Source of the DNA: Azolla caroliniana | Taxonomy: Eukaryota > Plantae > Polypodiophyta | Length of the DNA: 64,000 nucleotides | NCBI GenBank assembly: GCA_043228905.1 | Contig: JBHGNT010000009.1 | Location: 22,361,380-22,425,379, forward strand | Direction of reading: 5' to 3' | In this document: positions 13,770 to 27,475 of the stretch, in pieces | Layout of the letters: every line of letters starts with the position of its first letter | How positions within the stretch are numbered: the first letter of the stretch is position 1 | Position numbers and translations under genes: made by a program | Notes under the pieces: generated by a model | What the model was told of the DNA's origin: nothing | The model's input: the letters and a program-made list of their open reading frames with translations, nothing else | Database searches by the model: none

Positions 13770-16700
13770 ATGGGATGGTTCTTTGGATGTTTTGGAAGGA
13801 AAAACAAGAACCCTCGTAGCAACAATGGAGATCAGAGCCTCCTTCTCCCTCAACCTCTGCCCTTCTCTCCATCACAGCCTGCATCCATTCCTATCAAAAA
13901 CCTAAATCCTTTGAAAGAACATGGTATGACCTCCTTTCTCTGTTTCTTCTTCTTCTTCTTCTTCTTTAGAGACTAATTATTTACATATGATTCATCCATT
14001 TGTATTTCTTCTTCGGATTTCTATTTCTGATATATCAACATCTTTTCTTCTTCAAATTATTACATTCGATTGATCCATGGATTCCTTCTTCAAATTTATA
14101 AATTTGATTTGATCCATGGATTCCTTCTTCAAATTTATAAATTTGATTTGCTGCATGCGTTTCTTCTTCAAATTTATAAATTTGATTTAATGCATGTGTT
14201 TCTTCTTCAAATTTATACATTTGATGTGCTCCATCTTTTCTCTTTTTCTTTTAATCATAGTCTCCCTCAGAACAAGGCCTCTTTCAACTAGTGCGCCCCC
14301 TGTCAGACTCGGCTATGGCATTCTTCTTCAGGAAAACGCCGAAAAAATGTCAGAAAAGAATAAAAGCAATAAGAAGAAACAGGAAGATCCTTGGTCTCAA
14401 GTAGATGATCTAGCAGAAGAGCTTGAAGATTTAAGGAAACAAATCGAGAAAGGAACAACAGCAGCCCATGATTCTAACAGCAATCAAATTACAGAGGAGG
14501 TAGGGATCCTCTCTCTTATATATGCACTTATATGGTTATATATATCGTATACATCTGCACATATATGGTTGTGTGTATGTGTATGTTGTCTTGATCTATA
14601 TGATAGGAAATAGAATTTCTAAACAATTAATGAATACAAATTTTAATGCATTAGGAATTGCTTTTTTTAAAGTCATGTGGAGCATTATCTCAATACCATT
14701 GAGAGTTTATATAATACATATCTATAAAACTGTTGTCTTCCTCACATTGGCAAATGAGTTTGCTTGACAAATAGGTTTTTTTAAAGGTCTATTTTTGGCA
14801 ATTGGTCTAGGTTACATTCCTTAAGTCTTGTGGAGCATTGTCACAATCTCCTTCAGAATTTGAAAAGAAAGAAGTAGAGACTATAAGCACGTCCAGCTAT
14901 TCAAGGGGATGGCATTCTTGGTTTCTACCAGCATCTATGAATTCTTCTCCAGCGCTACCAAAACTACCTCAACCTCAGCTTTCCGTCGGAAAAAGGAGAG
15001 GTGCTGTCCAAGGTCTACAAGTTGCTTCCTCGTCAAGCACACCTGCAAAAGAGGCCTCTGGGATTATACATCGGCGAAATGAGATGAAGTATGTTAGCCT
15101 TTATTTTTTATTTGAATCATGATGACTATATGCTGTATATATGTATGTGTGTATATGTATGGTAGTAGGAAGATAAGGCAGATCTCATCTGTTTTCCATC
15201 ATAAATGTATGAATGAAGTAAAATGAGCTCGAAATTGTTTGGATCATGAATAAATGCATGTGTATATGTACACCATATATGCATATGCATATATGTATGG
15301 TAGTAGGGAGGTAAGCCAGATCTCATTTGTTTTGCATCATAAAATGTATGAATGAAGCAAAATGAGCTCTAAATTGTTTGGATCATGAATAAATGCATGT
15401 GTATATGTACACTATATATGCATATGCATATGCTGCTTACAGATATACATACATTTCCCATAAATTAGAAGAGTACCCAGTTTTCTTAATCTAGGTTTCA
15501 TGATACAGAATCAAGGACAATCTTCACGTTGGCTCACTTGTGACATCTGAGCATATGATGGAGGATTTGGAGAAGCAAAATAATTCAGGGAATCCTCCAG
15601 TAGTAATTCATGATCCGTGGATGGGTGAATCTCAGCCATGCAATGCAAACATGAATGTTATGTCCACTCCAACTCCACTCAAACACAATAAAGTTTCAGG
15701 CAATGCGAGTGCCTTGACCAAGCAGATAGAAGAACATGAACTTTATATTTCTTGCATGGATAAAAGCTCATCAACAAAGGATGTCAATGCATCGAGGTTC
15801 AAATCTATTGAATCATTGAAAATCTCAGCATTGCCCTCAGCTCAGGTGATGAATGAAGCAATAATTACTAGTGGAACAACCTCAAACACAATGGGTTCAC
15901 ATGAAAAAGATGATGAAACCATCAAAATTTTAGAACAAGTTAATCATTCATGTGATAATATTATTAGTAAAAAACAATCTGCAGAGTTTGTTAGTAGCTC
16001 TGTCATTGGTAATCATCGATATGCAGCAGTGGATAGCACTGTTTCTGCCTCACAGGTTTTATCTGAAAGCTCATCCTTTTCTACTACAGCTGAAAATTCA
16101 TGTGAAAGTCCATCAGCCTCTGTCTCTTCTTCATTTAATGCCACAAGTGCTGACATAAAAACAAAATTCAAAGGAGCTCGCAATAATGGATCTTACTTTC
16201 AGAGTGATACAATTGTTGCCCGTTCTATAGATAGTGAGCAAACAGTGAGTGATTTAAACCATGGATACTGTATTTCCAAGTATGGAAAGCTGAAACGTGA
16301 AGATAGTGTGATTAGCTGCTCAAGTGAAGGTGGCCCAGAAATGGCCTCATATAAGGAAAAAGTAGCAACTACACCTCATCAAAAGTATGGCTCCAAGAAA
16401 ACATCGATGGGGAGGAGTCTCCAAAGCAATACTGTGGATGAAGGTTATTCTGTAGATTCATTCTTGGAACCCATGTCTCATGATTCTGGAGAAAACCATG
16501 ATGATCCATCCAAATGTGTCGATTCAAATGGTGTAGCTCTGCAACCAAAGAAATCGGAATCTATAGATAGTCTGAAAATGACTCATCATGAATTGACCAC
16601 TACCCCGATAGCATGCTATAAGCCACAGAGGGTAAGGAACCAACCCCAATCCCCTGTTCTAACCCCGGTGGAAAATGAATTTCAGTGGAAAAAGTTGCAG

Positions 16701-17695
16701 GAGAAGGAAAACAAAACCAGTGACCCTATCACATCAGCAAGGTTGAAAAGCATTGTACCAACAGCATCAACGAAGAGGGATATTCCTGAATCCATCAAGA
16801 ACAATAATGTGTTGGCATCGAGGAAAGAGGGGTGGGATGAAAATACATATCGAGGATCCAAGAACATGAATTCTTATACTTCGGAAAAAGAGGCAGTTGT
16901 CAGTATAACTGCAAGTTTCTCAGAGTGGTCTAGACCCCCTATGGAAGAAGAAGGGAGTCACAAGACACTTCAATATGATGATATCTTACATAAGGAACTC
17001 ATTGCTGTGGATATGAGTCTTTCACATTGGCTCAATCCATCATCATCATCATCATCTAAACAAGATGGTGGGGTAGGATGTGCGTTGGTGACTCCAAAGA
17101 ACTGCTTGCCAAGGCCACCAGTACTTCCTATACAACCTGAACTCTCGCCGAATTTGGGTCAAACTGAGAGGCCAATTTTGGGGCAACTATCACCAAAACT
17201 GGCCCAAAACGATAGGCCGAACTTGTATCCCTTTTCTGGATATCGACAACAGCATAACACTTGCGTTACTCAAACAGTGCATTGGGATGGGCAGGGGATA
17301 CCCAACACAACCACCAAGTACAATGAGGTGACTTAAACTTTCCCAATTAAGCTTTTGATTTGATGCAAAGCTAGGTGGCTTGCTCTCTCTCTCTCTCTCT
17401 AGAGAATTTCTAGTTTAATTCATGCAAATTTTGGTTAAATGCTGCATTTGTATAGGATCAGAAGGTAAAGTGGTTTTCCAGTCCATTTGAGGTGAGGCTG
17501 GAGAGGAAGCTGGGTAAGCAACAAGAAGCTGGGTTGCAGAAGTAAGTGTCGCTTGGTAACGATTGGAAAGAATGGGAAAAATCCTAAATGGTAAAGCATC
17601 CTTCAAGATAACTCATTAATAAATAACAAATCTTCTCTTTCTTTGGGTTGTTTTATAGGAGGCTTTTTGGAAAACCAACATCAGGAGATAGATGA
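13770..17695 (+). CDS. JASON-like protein
   Basis: Exons 13770-13923, 14261-14499, 14811-15088, 15509-17327, 17456-17541 and probably 17659-17695 (unspliced alternative stops at 17545). N-terminal MGWFFGCFG, EEVTFLKSCGALSQSP, VDMSLSHWL and C-terminal WDGQGIPNTTTKYNEDQKVKWFSSPFEVRLERKL match JASON-family motifs. Confidence 0.8.
14045..14225. repeat. Intronic minisatellite, ~39-bp unit, ~4.5 copies
   Basis: ttcttcttcaaatttataaatttgattt... repeated in JASON-like intron 1. Confidence 0.85.
15153..15432. repeat. Intronic tandem duplication, ~140 bp x2
   Basis: tatgtatggtagtagg...agatctcat...ggatcatgaataaatgcatgtgtatatgtacac occurs twice. Confidence 0.85.
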
Positions 17696-18053
17696 TGCAG
17701 GAGGCGGCTGAAATATATTACTAATAATTTGCTATTGATTTTATACACACACACACACACAAATATATATAATTATTATGTGCAGATTCATAACAATAAG
17801 CATATCAGTCGATAAGTTATCCAACAGCCTGTTGTGTATGTATTGCTCTTGGGAAATACACATAAATTTTCGATGTTCCTTGAAATATATGAAACAACGT
17901 CTCCCAACCCAACAAAACTAAGATGTTATTTGAATAAACAGTAGATGATGATAATGTTATAATGCTGCTGTTTATTTCAACACTTGTAAAACGGTTGGAG
18001 CAAACTCATACTTTGTGCTTTCTATTTAAATAAGTTTATTTTTCTTTAATAAT

Positions 18054-18362
18054 GGGCTTTGTTTGGAGAATCACTCATTGTGAACACAAATATATTAACA
18101 AAACAGCTTTTTAAACTCCAGAATTCCAAGTTCTTTGAAGTATATGAACTGGGCTTTGTTTGGAGAATCACTCAGTGTGAACACATCTATTAACAAAACA
18201 GCTTTTTAAACTCAGTAGAAGTAACAGATTCCAAGTTCTTTGAAGTATATGAACTGGGCTTTGTTTGGAGAATCACTCATTGTGAACACATATTAACAAA
18301 GCAGCTTTTTAAACTCAGTAGAAGTAACAGAATCCCAAGTTCTTTGAAGTACATGAACTGAG
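18054..18362. repeat. Tandem repeat ~100 bp x3 between convergent 3' ends
   Basis: gggctttgtttggagaatcactca starts at 18054, 18151 and 18257. Confidence 0.85.
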
Positions 18363-19635
18363 CTCTCCCAACACAACAATTCCAAGTTTTTTTAATGGAA
18401 CAATCAATAGTTTGCTTATATGAATCATTATGTTGTGTGCTTTCTAGATTAAAGTGGCTATATTGTTGAGAGCAATGGGTTTTGTTTGGAGAGTTACGCT
18501 AACCAATCGTCTTTGTAAACTCTCAATTCAAGTAATAGGACTGGACCTGATATATCAAGAGTTATTAATTGTGGCATGTTGATTTATTTATATATTCTTC
18601 AGGCATCTACGGGTAGGAATGTTCTACGTTCAGAAATGTAAAAGTATCATAGTATGTAAAAGCACCATAAATAAATAAATAAATGGATGATGTGTTTTTA
18701 GCTAACAAAAAATCTTCTAACAAAATATACAGCAGCTATACTTCCAAGTATATTGGTGAGTTCAAACCATTGCTAAAAATGAGGTCCTCTCACCATTTTA
18801 TGGTTAGCAGTATTGACGAGTCATCATAGTGCTAAAAAATGTCATTCCTTTCCCTAGTTTCATGCAAAGTTTTGGCACAGAAGGGGCTAAATGTTTCTGC
18901 TTTTGTATGAGGTTTTTCATGTTCTCAGAGTAATATTTGTTGGGATTTGATGAATGGATCAAATCTTGTTGCCATATCCTTGGAGGATACATTTCATTTT
19001 TTGGTTACTTCAGCTCAAATTTGCTCCAAAACTGATATATCAGAAGCATACTCATTATGAATCATTTGTGAATGGTCTATTGTCTACCATTAACTTGAGG
19101 TCGCGATATTGTCTTCCAGTTTCAATAACTGTTCACCCATGGTCTGTCTAAAGAACCTGTGCAGTTCAAATACCTTGACCATTACAAGCAGCCGCATTGG
19201 ATTAGAAACTATACAGAGAGAAAATGATAATAAATATTACTGTAGAACAAGTAGATGAGAATAACAGACTCAACAATTCTCAAGATTTTTTGTATTAGGA
19301 CAACCAATTCAAATAAACACAGCGCATTTGCACTTTGAATATAATTCATTCATGCAAACAAATAGTGTGATTCCAATCATTTCCGTTTACAATCAACAAT
19401 AGATTGCAACATTAACAGAATGTGAATCCAATCATTTTCATTTAGAATCAACAATAGCTGGGTACCCTCTACCCAATAGCATTGATTGACAAGTGCTTTC
19501 TTCCGAAGTTCCAAAATATAATGACTTCAGTTATTTTCTGCTTCATAAAGCTAGCTTTTGGATGTTTCAATCATTGTAATAGAACCAAAACCCTTAAATG
19601 CATTCTGAGAGCCAAGATATGAATGGAAAATGTCT

Positions 19636-22600
19636 TCATCCAAGAACAATATCTTCAGGACTGTAATACTCTGCTACTAACCTGTAAACATAGGAAGGAT
19701 TGTGTCCACCTCTGTAAGAAGAAAAACCAAGAAAAAAAAGTTCAATCAGAGGAATTCCATTTCCCTAGAAAAGTTGGATTCATGTGTAAAGTAAATGCAT
19801 CATAGTATGCATTCTTCTCTTACGTATCAGTAATAAACAGGCTCACAAGCTCAGGTGGAATGTAGTCAAAGCTTGGATTGACTGCTTGGAGTGATAGTCC
19901 ACCCGAAGTTTGATTGATGTTCGCACAATCTGAGATATCTCCATATTCCAAAATATGAGATGGGGACTTCATCTCATTCACAACCACATATGGATTGTGA
20001 GGATACAACGGACAAAGCTACATTGCAAAATGACTTCAGGTTAGGACAGAATCTTCAAGAGAATTGATCAAGAGCTGCTTTTGATTTTTGTTATTTTCTA
20101 CCTTGTGCAAGCCAGCCAGAACAACAAAAGGAACCGCATGATGGTGTGCTGCAAGGGCGACCATATGAGAACCAACTGCAGCAATAACTCCTCCATTGGC
20201 CATGACAGCATGAGCACCTATAATTACCTGCATAAAGCACAATTGTTTTACTTAAGTGTACAAAAAGTACTTATTGAGCTTCAACTTCAAGCCACACTTT
20301 TTGCATCAAGATATCAAAACAGATACAAACCATGTCCACTCGGGATATCATTGCATAGACTGCAGAATCAGTAATCACAGTTGTCTGAAGATCCAGAGTG
20401 GCCAACTCTCTGGCAAGTGAGTGACCCTGATATCTACAACCAAAATAGAAACAATCAACGTCCAGTAATTCAAAAATCAAGCATAGACAGAATTATAATC
20501 ACATTAAATCAGAAAAAACACCACAGATACACATATACAGAAGGAAGGTTAAATTCTCAAACCTAAATAGATCATCACCCTAGATAACCATAAAAAATAG
20601 GACAAACCCATCTAAGCTTAGAGAAGTCCACACTGATTATTGCACAACCACAAACAACAAAGTATTCTGACATAGTAAGGCAGTATATTAAGAAACAGTA
20701 GTCAAGGCACCTTGGAGCACCTTCAGCAACAAATACTTGAAATGACCTTTTCTTCTTTGCTTCATGCAGAAAATGCAGAAGTGATCTTGACCGTCCTATA
20801 GTAAGTATCACTTCACTGCACATAGAAACTATGAAAAATTATTGCATAACAAAGGAAAATAAGATGTTTATTGCATAGCAAAATGAGATGTTTATTCCAA
20901 AATTAAGGTAACAAACAAAACTACCATTACATACTTCTGATGAATATGCTCAAGTGACTGCTCTGCAATCTGTGCATGATAATTATTTATGTCTTCAAGT
21001 AGCTCATTGATCGCCTCAATTACTGAATTCCTTAGTCTTAACCCCTTGGAGTTTTTGTCATAAGCTGCATTATTTATAGAAGAATCAGCAAGCATAATTA
21101 CTGAGTATAAATTGATCAAAATGAGCCACTTTTACAAGGTGGTGTTTACATCTACTTTTTCCCTCCGAGTCACCCCCTGAAGATGATAGCGCCACTGCAG
21201 ATTGTATTGGAACAGATTCAAGTAGATTATACAGCGAAGGTGCTCGTAAGGCAGTCCTATTGGCTGCTGCAAGGACAGCTGCTGATAAAGCAGGTAAGCC
21301 CTCACGATCCCTGTCATCATTGTCATCACTATCAGAGGGGGCCTCCACCCCTTCAGCTGAATTAGTGGCAATCGATATTTCCTCTTCGCGTATTATGTGT
21401 AGCACTCGTCTAACAATATTTCCAACAGCCAACTCTGCAAGGTTTGAAGAGAGATCTCTAAAACTTTAATCACAAATATTATAGGATTCCCAAAATGTTT
21501 GTAGCTATGTATGATAACATACATCTACTCTTTTTAAATATAATCTGATGTGTAGAGGATTGGAAACATATAGCACAATACTGTACTAACCGATTGGATT
21601 AGCAGATATAAGACGGATGCCCACATCCTTAACTGCTTCGAGAAGGCTTGAAGCATGCCCAGAATGAGGGGTCCGTCGTTGAGAAACCACTTGTCGAAGC
21701 AATAACACTGTTAGCCTTGCTGAGTCCAATGATCCTTCCACTTGTCTGATCCCTTCGAAAGAACACACATGCTATTATTACAGATTACCAAATGGTAAGG
21801 AAACAAATAAAGGACCTCTAACTATGAATTTTATATTCACTCAATTTAGAATAATAATTTTAGATACTGTAGAGGGGCTAATGAATATACTTAAAGAGAC
21901 TGACCTACTTGCTTCTGCCATCTACTCTGCTTACATAAGGTTGACATTCCTCTTCCCTAGATTGTTTGGTGTGGACTAATGATCTCCATTAATTCTAATA
22001 ATATTGTGAGGAATATGTTTCTAGGAAATCCTATAATTTCCCCTAATTATCAAACTAATTCAGAAAGCTGGACAGATGAATCTGCTATTCTCAATGCTTT
22101 GCACATACTTAGTGACATTACTATTCATTGAAATATAAATACTGGAATCCACCTTTCAACCAGTAAAATAGCTTCCACTAAGCATGATTACAAATTTAAA
22201 ATTGAAAACCAAAATTAAATTACTAGCATGCGAAGAAGCATGGAATATGAGATACCCTAACAAGCTTCACACTCACTCACTCAGAAATGCATCTCTCAAA
22301 AAAAACTTATTAAATAACCCTCGCTTTTGCATGTCACAAGAGAACCCCTATCCCTCAAATAAAGCTGCAGAAGGGGATATATGCTAAAAAGAAACATGGC
22401 TCATACGACATCATCATGCTTCGATGTGATTTAAGGCTTGTTAGCTATGTATCTGAACACACCATGTGAAGGTGATGACACAACCTTTTAATGCATGCAA
22501 AGATGTGAAATGAAGAATTGGATTGCCATTGTGCATGGAAAGGCAACAATATGTTATGCCATGTGCAGATTCTCCACTCCATCTTCTGATTACGAACACA

Positions 22601-23821
22601 AGGTTCTTCTGATATTTCTGCAGTGTTTACAAAACATTTTCTCAAATAAACCACACTTGAGAATCAATCACTTCATTTTTTAATTCGAACTTGATACGTT
22701 GAATGTCTCTCTTTGTATGAGGTAAAGTCCTGGATGTCTCTCTTCTGAATGTCCCCTTTCACGACCAGACTTCATTCAATCTGCACCTTTGGACAGATTA
22801 AGAGTTTCTCTAGAGAGAGAGAGAGAGAGAGAGAGACCTCAACAATGGGTTTTTTCTCAATATGTTCAAAAGGGTTCAAATGATGAGATGGAGATATAGT
22901 TCCAATTTTTACGTTATTGGGATCTACAACACAATTGGAATATGCGTAATGCTTTCATGTTTGATAATAGACATGAGGTGAAAGTCTATATAAAGAAGCT
23001 GAAAGGTATTCTCATGTGGAATTTTTGGATGTTAGAGCATGTGGGGATCATTTCTGCAAATGCATATTCCGGTTTTTTAATAGCATTACAAAATGTCCCT
23101 CTCCCTACATAGGCATATGATAGGTAGAGGGGACTAAGAAGTGTTGTAACTAAGTGGATTTTACATCAATTAATATAATTGTGTGCGTTTACCAAAAGAG
23201 AGAGAGGGGGAGAGAGAGACTAAGGAGAGAACTATGAATATCATAACTGGCATTGTTTACCCTGATTGAAATCAAGGAGAACACACATATTTATACAAGG
23301 TTGGAGTGATGGAGCTAAAGAAAGTTGTGATTGAGCTCCATCACTCCTAATGCTAGAAGTCAACCCCAAGATACAGAAATGGGATCCAGACCAGGATATA
23401 ACAAAGGGGTTACGATTGATCGGGCAATGGCAATTTGCCGTGCACGTAGGCCCTTGCCCCATCGACCACGACCTCGACACCCTTGTCACCGACAAATAAA
23501 AGCCATTATCTCCCGCCATCGTAGGTGCTTCCCTCGCTTCGGAGACATTTCCATTCTGGATCGACCTATGATAGAGATCTTTCGGAGACAAAAGCTACAA
23601 TATACCTAACTTGAGAATCTCGCATGTGCCAAAAACCAGATTCTCTCGTCTCTTTTCTTTTCATCTTATTTACTTTTATATTTACTTTATTTTGATTTGT
23701 TCTCAAAGACAAGAAAACATTTAAGATGTAATCTCTTATTCGGTCTTATAGGCCATTTTGGCCTCGTAAAAGACGTTAATATATCTTTCTTTCTTTCTTT
23801 CTAGGTCATGAAATGGGTAAA

Positions 23822-23855
<34 letters not shown>

Positions 23856-25719
23856 CTATCTATATATATATATATATATATATAGATATATATATATATA
23901 TATATATATATAGCACCTAACTACAAAACAATATTCTTCGTGGAACAAGGAAGCCACACACATCAATACGTCTTAGAGCCCATCCCGTATCCAAAAGATT
24001 AGCGCATACTCACTACAATGTGAGATGGGGCACAAGCAATGAGATGGGGCCCTAAACAAGTTGAGGGAGGCTAAGTATCACACTTCGATACAATGCCCTG
24101 CCTTCGATCACATTCAACTATGCTTTTCACACATCTTTGGCCAAACCCAATCCTTGTATGAATTCCCCTCAAAGTCCCAATGTGCACTCTCAATTGTAAC
24201 ATTCATTCGTAGAGTTCTTGAACATCATGAGTCACTATTCACTTTTACATGTATTATGAGAAAATGTTATAGTTTTTGTCTCCTAGATCATATTTGACCT
24301 CCAAAGACAATAATAAAATATGTTTATCTATCTACATGTGGCTTCTAGGATGCTCAACATATAAATTAATTCACAAGAAGTATGAATAGGCATGATCATT
24401 TGAGTGCCATACTCAAATCTCCACCAAGAAGGGTGACCACATATTTGTGTGCATTATTTTCACACAGAGAGTTCTTAGTACAAAGTAGTAAACCCCCAAG
24501 ATGAGACTCCACAGGCTGCTGCCACAGCATGCCAGGTCACAGTAAACCAACCTGGCCTTGTTCTCAACAGGCCCTGCCCATTTTATGATAACGAGGCTTA
24601 ACAACTCTAGGCTCCTATATGAAAATTGTTTAGGTTCCACCCTCAGCTTCCCAACCAAACAAGACCTCTATGAAGCTCCTACTATGGGCTTTAACATGCA
24701 ACATACTTTAGTAAATCTAATATTCACATTTTTTTTATTGTTTTCAATGCTCGTTGGTAAAAAAGCATCTACAGGTGTAAACTCCTTATGTGTCTCATAT
24801 GCAATTTGTTTTTTCCGAAACAGCAAGATATCCAGTGTCTTCCATCCTTCTTTTATATGAGAGAGGTCTTACGCATCTTTTGCACAGATGAAGAGTTATA
24901 ATTATACACTCTGATCACCTCATCCATAAGCCGTATATATTGCATTAAAATATAGCACCAACAGAGACATCATATGAAAGACAAGCATGTCCCCCAACAA
25001 ACATAAACCTAGTCCAGGAAGACATTTCTCAACCAACCTGCCTTCTCAGACGTGAACCTTTTTACCAAACACTGATCACATTGCTTTGGATTGTGACAAA
25101 GAGGAAAAGTTTCTCTCCTGTAGGATACATCATAAAACCGGAATATGTTCTCCCCAAACATGAACTAACCCTAAGGAATTCATTTATCAGACAAACTTCC
25201 TCCACATATGAACCTACACTGAATATTTGAGGCCGTTTTCTGTTCTTTGAGTAGTGAAAAAAGAGAAAAAAAAAAGTATCTACTGACAGATATACCATAT
25301 ATAGGAATGCCTATCTCCCAACACATACTTCATATGATAGACAAGTTACCACTTTGTCCCTCCAAACATTGAGTCTACCGAAAGAAGGCATCTTTCTTTC
25401 TTAGAAAAGTTCCATTTTACCCTCGCACAAAAAACATTTTCTAAAGATCAGAAGTTTCAGGCAGCATCACAGCCAGCGCAGTGGAAGAAAATGGGACATG
25501 TTACTCCGAAGAAAACAGTTCAAAGGGAGCAGGAAGCCATGCCCTGCACATTAGGGATTCGGACTGGTCTGTTCTGATCGGATCTTACAATATTATCTGA
25601 TTGGATATGGGGAGGAGAGAGGTGTGGGGGGGGGCGGGGGGGGGGGGGGTGAAAGGAATAAAGTACCTGCGCTGGAGCTTCAGAACCAAGTCGTTGATGG
25701 AGAGCTGGAGGTCAGCCAT
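19636..25719 (-). CDS. EIF2B2: Translation initiation factor eIF2B subunit beta (9 exons)
   Basis: Exons 25719-25667 (MADLQLSINDLVLKLQR), 21745-21591, 21434-21150, 21064-20935, 20815-20711, 20433-20331, 20227-20102, 20017-19824, 19711-19636. Motifs [92 protein letters not shown]. Confidence 0.93.
22840..23170 (+). mobile_element. Short degenerate L1-type LINE 3' fragment in eIF2B beta intron 1, between (GA)n tracts
   Basis: Translates in part to W.MRNAFMFDNR, resembling the L1 ORF2 C-terminal IW..RN...F motif. Confidence 0.45.
23740..23802 (+). mobile_element. Non-LTR retroposon-like 3' tail (stem-loop + (CTTT)n)
   Basis: GTCTT..AGGCCA-TT-TTGGCCT..AAGAC hairpin followed by GTTAATATAT(CTTT)n; a second copy of the tail lies at ~12447-12485. 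Confidence 0.45.
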
Positions 25720-25926
25720 GGCAGGGGCCATGCTTCTCTCGGACTCTCTGTGTGTGTAGAGAAACAGAGCACAAGAAGTTTTCTGGCAATGGAAGGTGAT
25801 GTATCATTGTATGTATGTATAAATACATACATACATACATACATACATACATACATACATACATGTTGACACTACCAATATTGTGGAAATACATACATAC
25901 ATACATACATACATACATACATACAC

Positions 25927-27475
25927 ACATGTTGACACTACCAATATTGTGGAAATACATTGGGAGTTTATCAAGTATACTGCCTTGAGACGAAGAATAA
26001 ACAGATCAATTGCCGACCTTGTGCATGTCTTAATCGAGGACAGTGAAACTGGCACTCGCATCGGAGGAACGGTCATAGAACGGTACAAGCAACGACAAGA
26101 AATATGTGAGAGTGGTCGATTGTCACCCCGTGCAAATTGTAGGGATCAAAGGTCCAAACTTGAAGAGGCCAAGAGAATATTGGAAAGGTATGTCGACGAT
26201 ACCTCCACAATGCATATTGTGGACGAGGCCCGATGTTGGTTTATAATCTTGAGCATGACGACTCCCACTCTATGGTATAATGTCTCACTCCAATGCTCAT
26301 ATTGTGATTGTCAAGCCCTTGCAAGCAAATGTAAGCATTTACTTGGTATCCGAAAGATTATTGAGAGGCACGTGCCACATTTATGTGGCTCGTTGCCTTT
26401 TATAGATCATGTGACCCAAATGTGAATGGATCACAATACAGAAATAGAAGTGGAGACAGAGGTAGAACAAGTCGGGGAGACAAACCCCACAACATCAGAG
26501 ATGGAATCATTGAAGTCCAAAATATAAATGGTTGAGGAAGCACTTCAATGGCTCAAGCAAGGGTTAGGAACCTTCGACCGTGCAACTATTTTGGAATGTA
26601 TACAAACATTGGAAGACATGACTGAGAAGGTGTATCGCGTTGGTGCACCAAAATCACCCAATGAAGAAGATGGTAGATCAGTAAGTCTCAACCAACAAAT
26701 AGACATCTCGCAATAACTTATTGCCAACTCCCCAAACACTTCCAAATCCCACACCGGAAAACTACAAAGAGGTGCAAGTCGGGCGAGGAGGCAATTGCCA
26801 ATTTGTGACCATGACAAGGTTTAGTGTTTGCTTTGCGATGGCTTGACCTTGACTTCAAGGGACTCGATTGTTACATGTTGTAAAAATTGTGGTTGCATTT
26901 TGCCATCATCCCGACATGAGCCATAATCTTAATATGTAACATGTATTCATATTTCATTTTAGGGTTTTTGCCTTGGATTATTCCCATTGTCAACATTTGA
27001 CGTTTTAATCTTTTATGTAAGACTTGTTATTTGAAACTTTAAGTTGATTTGTTATTTAGAGCTTGGAGATAGAAGTTTGTGTGATTTTTAAGTTTTAACT
27101 TTTAGGTTTTTAGCAATTGGAAGTTTAGGTTTCTTTTGAGTAATTTTATGCATCATTTTCATGGAAAATATTTGTTGTACACTTACAGTTATTTGGAGTT
27201 TTTGATGTTTGTTTTTGAGTCGGGCTCTTGGTGACAGAGGTTGTCAAACAACGGGCTCCTGGTTACGAAGACAGAGTCGGGCACCTAGTTACAAAGACTG
27301 TTAGACAGTGGGGCTCCTTGTGACAAAGGCTCTCAGATAGTCAGGCTCCTGGTGACAGACGTTGTCAGCTTTTTATCCACATTGGACAGTGTAGATCGCA
27401 CACGCCATCAACTATGCAACCTGCGCCATCCGCGCCCGTGATTCCCTCACTTGCCCTCTTTAATTTTTGGTAGTA
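25927..27475 (+). mobile_element. 5'-truncated Mutator-like (SWIM zinc-finger transposase) remnant
   Basis: ORF piece VDTTNIVEIHWEFIK...CSYCDCQALASKCKHLLG (TNNxxE-like motif plus SWIM CxC..CKH), with stops downstream. ~35-bp subterminal repeats gggctcctggtgacaga at 27220-27365; flanked by (TACA)n tracts. Confidence 0.7.

Noticed and set aside
13547-13853. Poly-K/poly-E ORFs
   Set aside because: Antisense translations of a (TTC)n microsatellite.
25870-25945. CACTAC as a CACTA transposon terminus
   Set aside because: It lies within the transposase codons (DTTNIVE), and there is no matching GTAGTG end with a 3-bp TSD.
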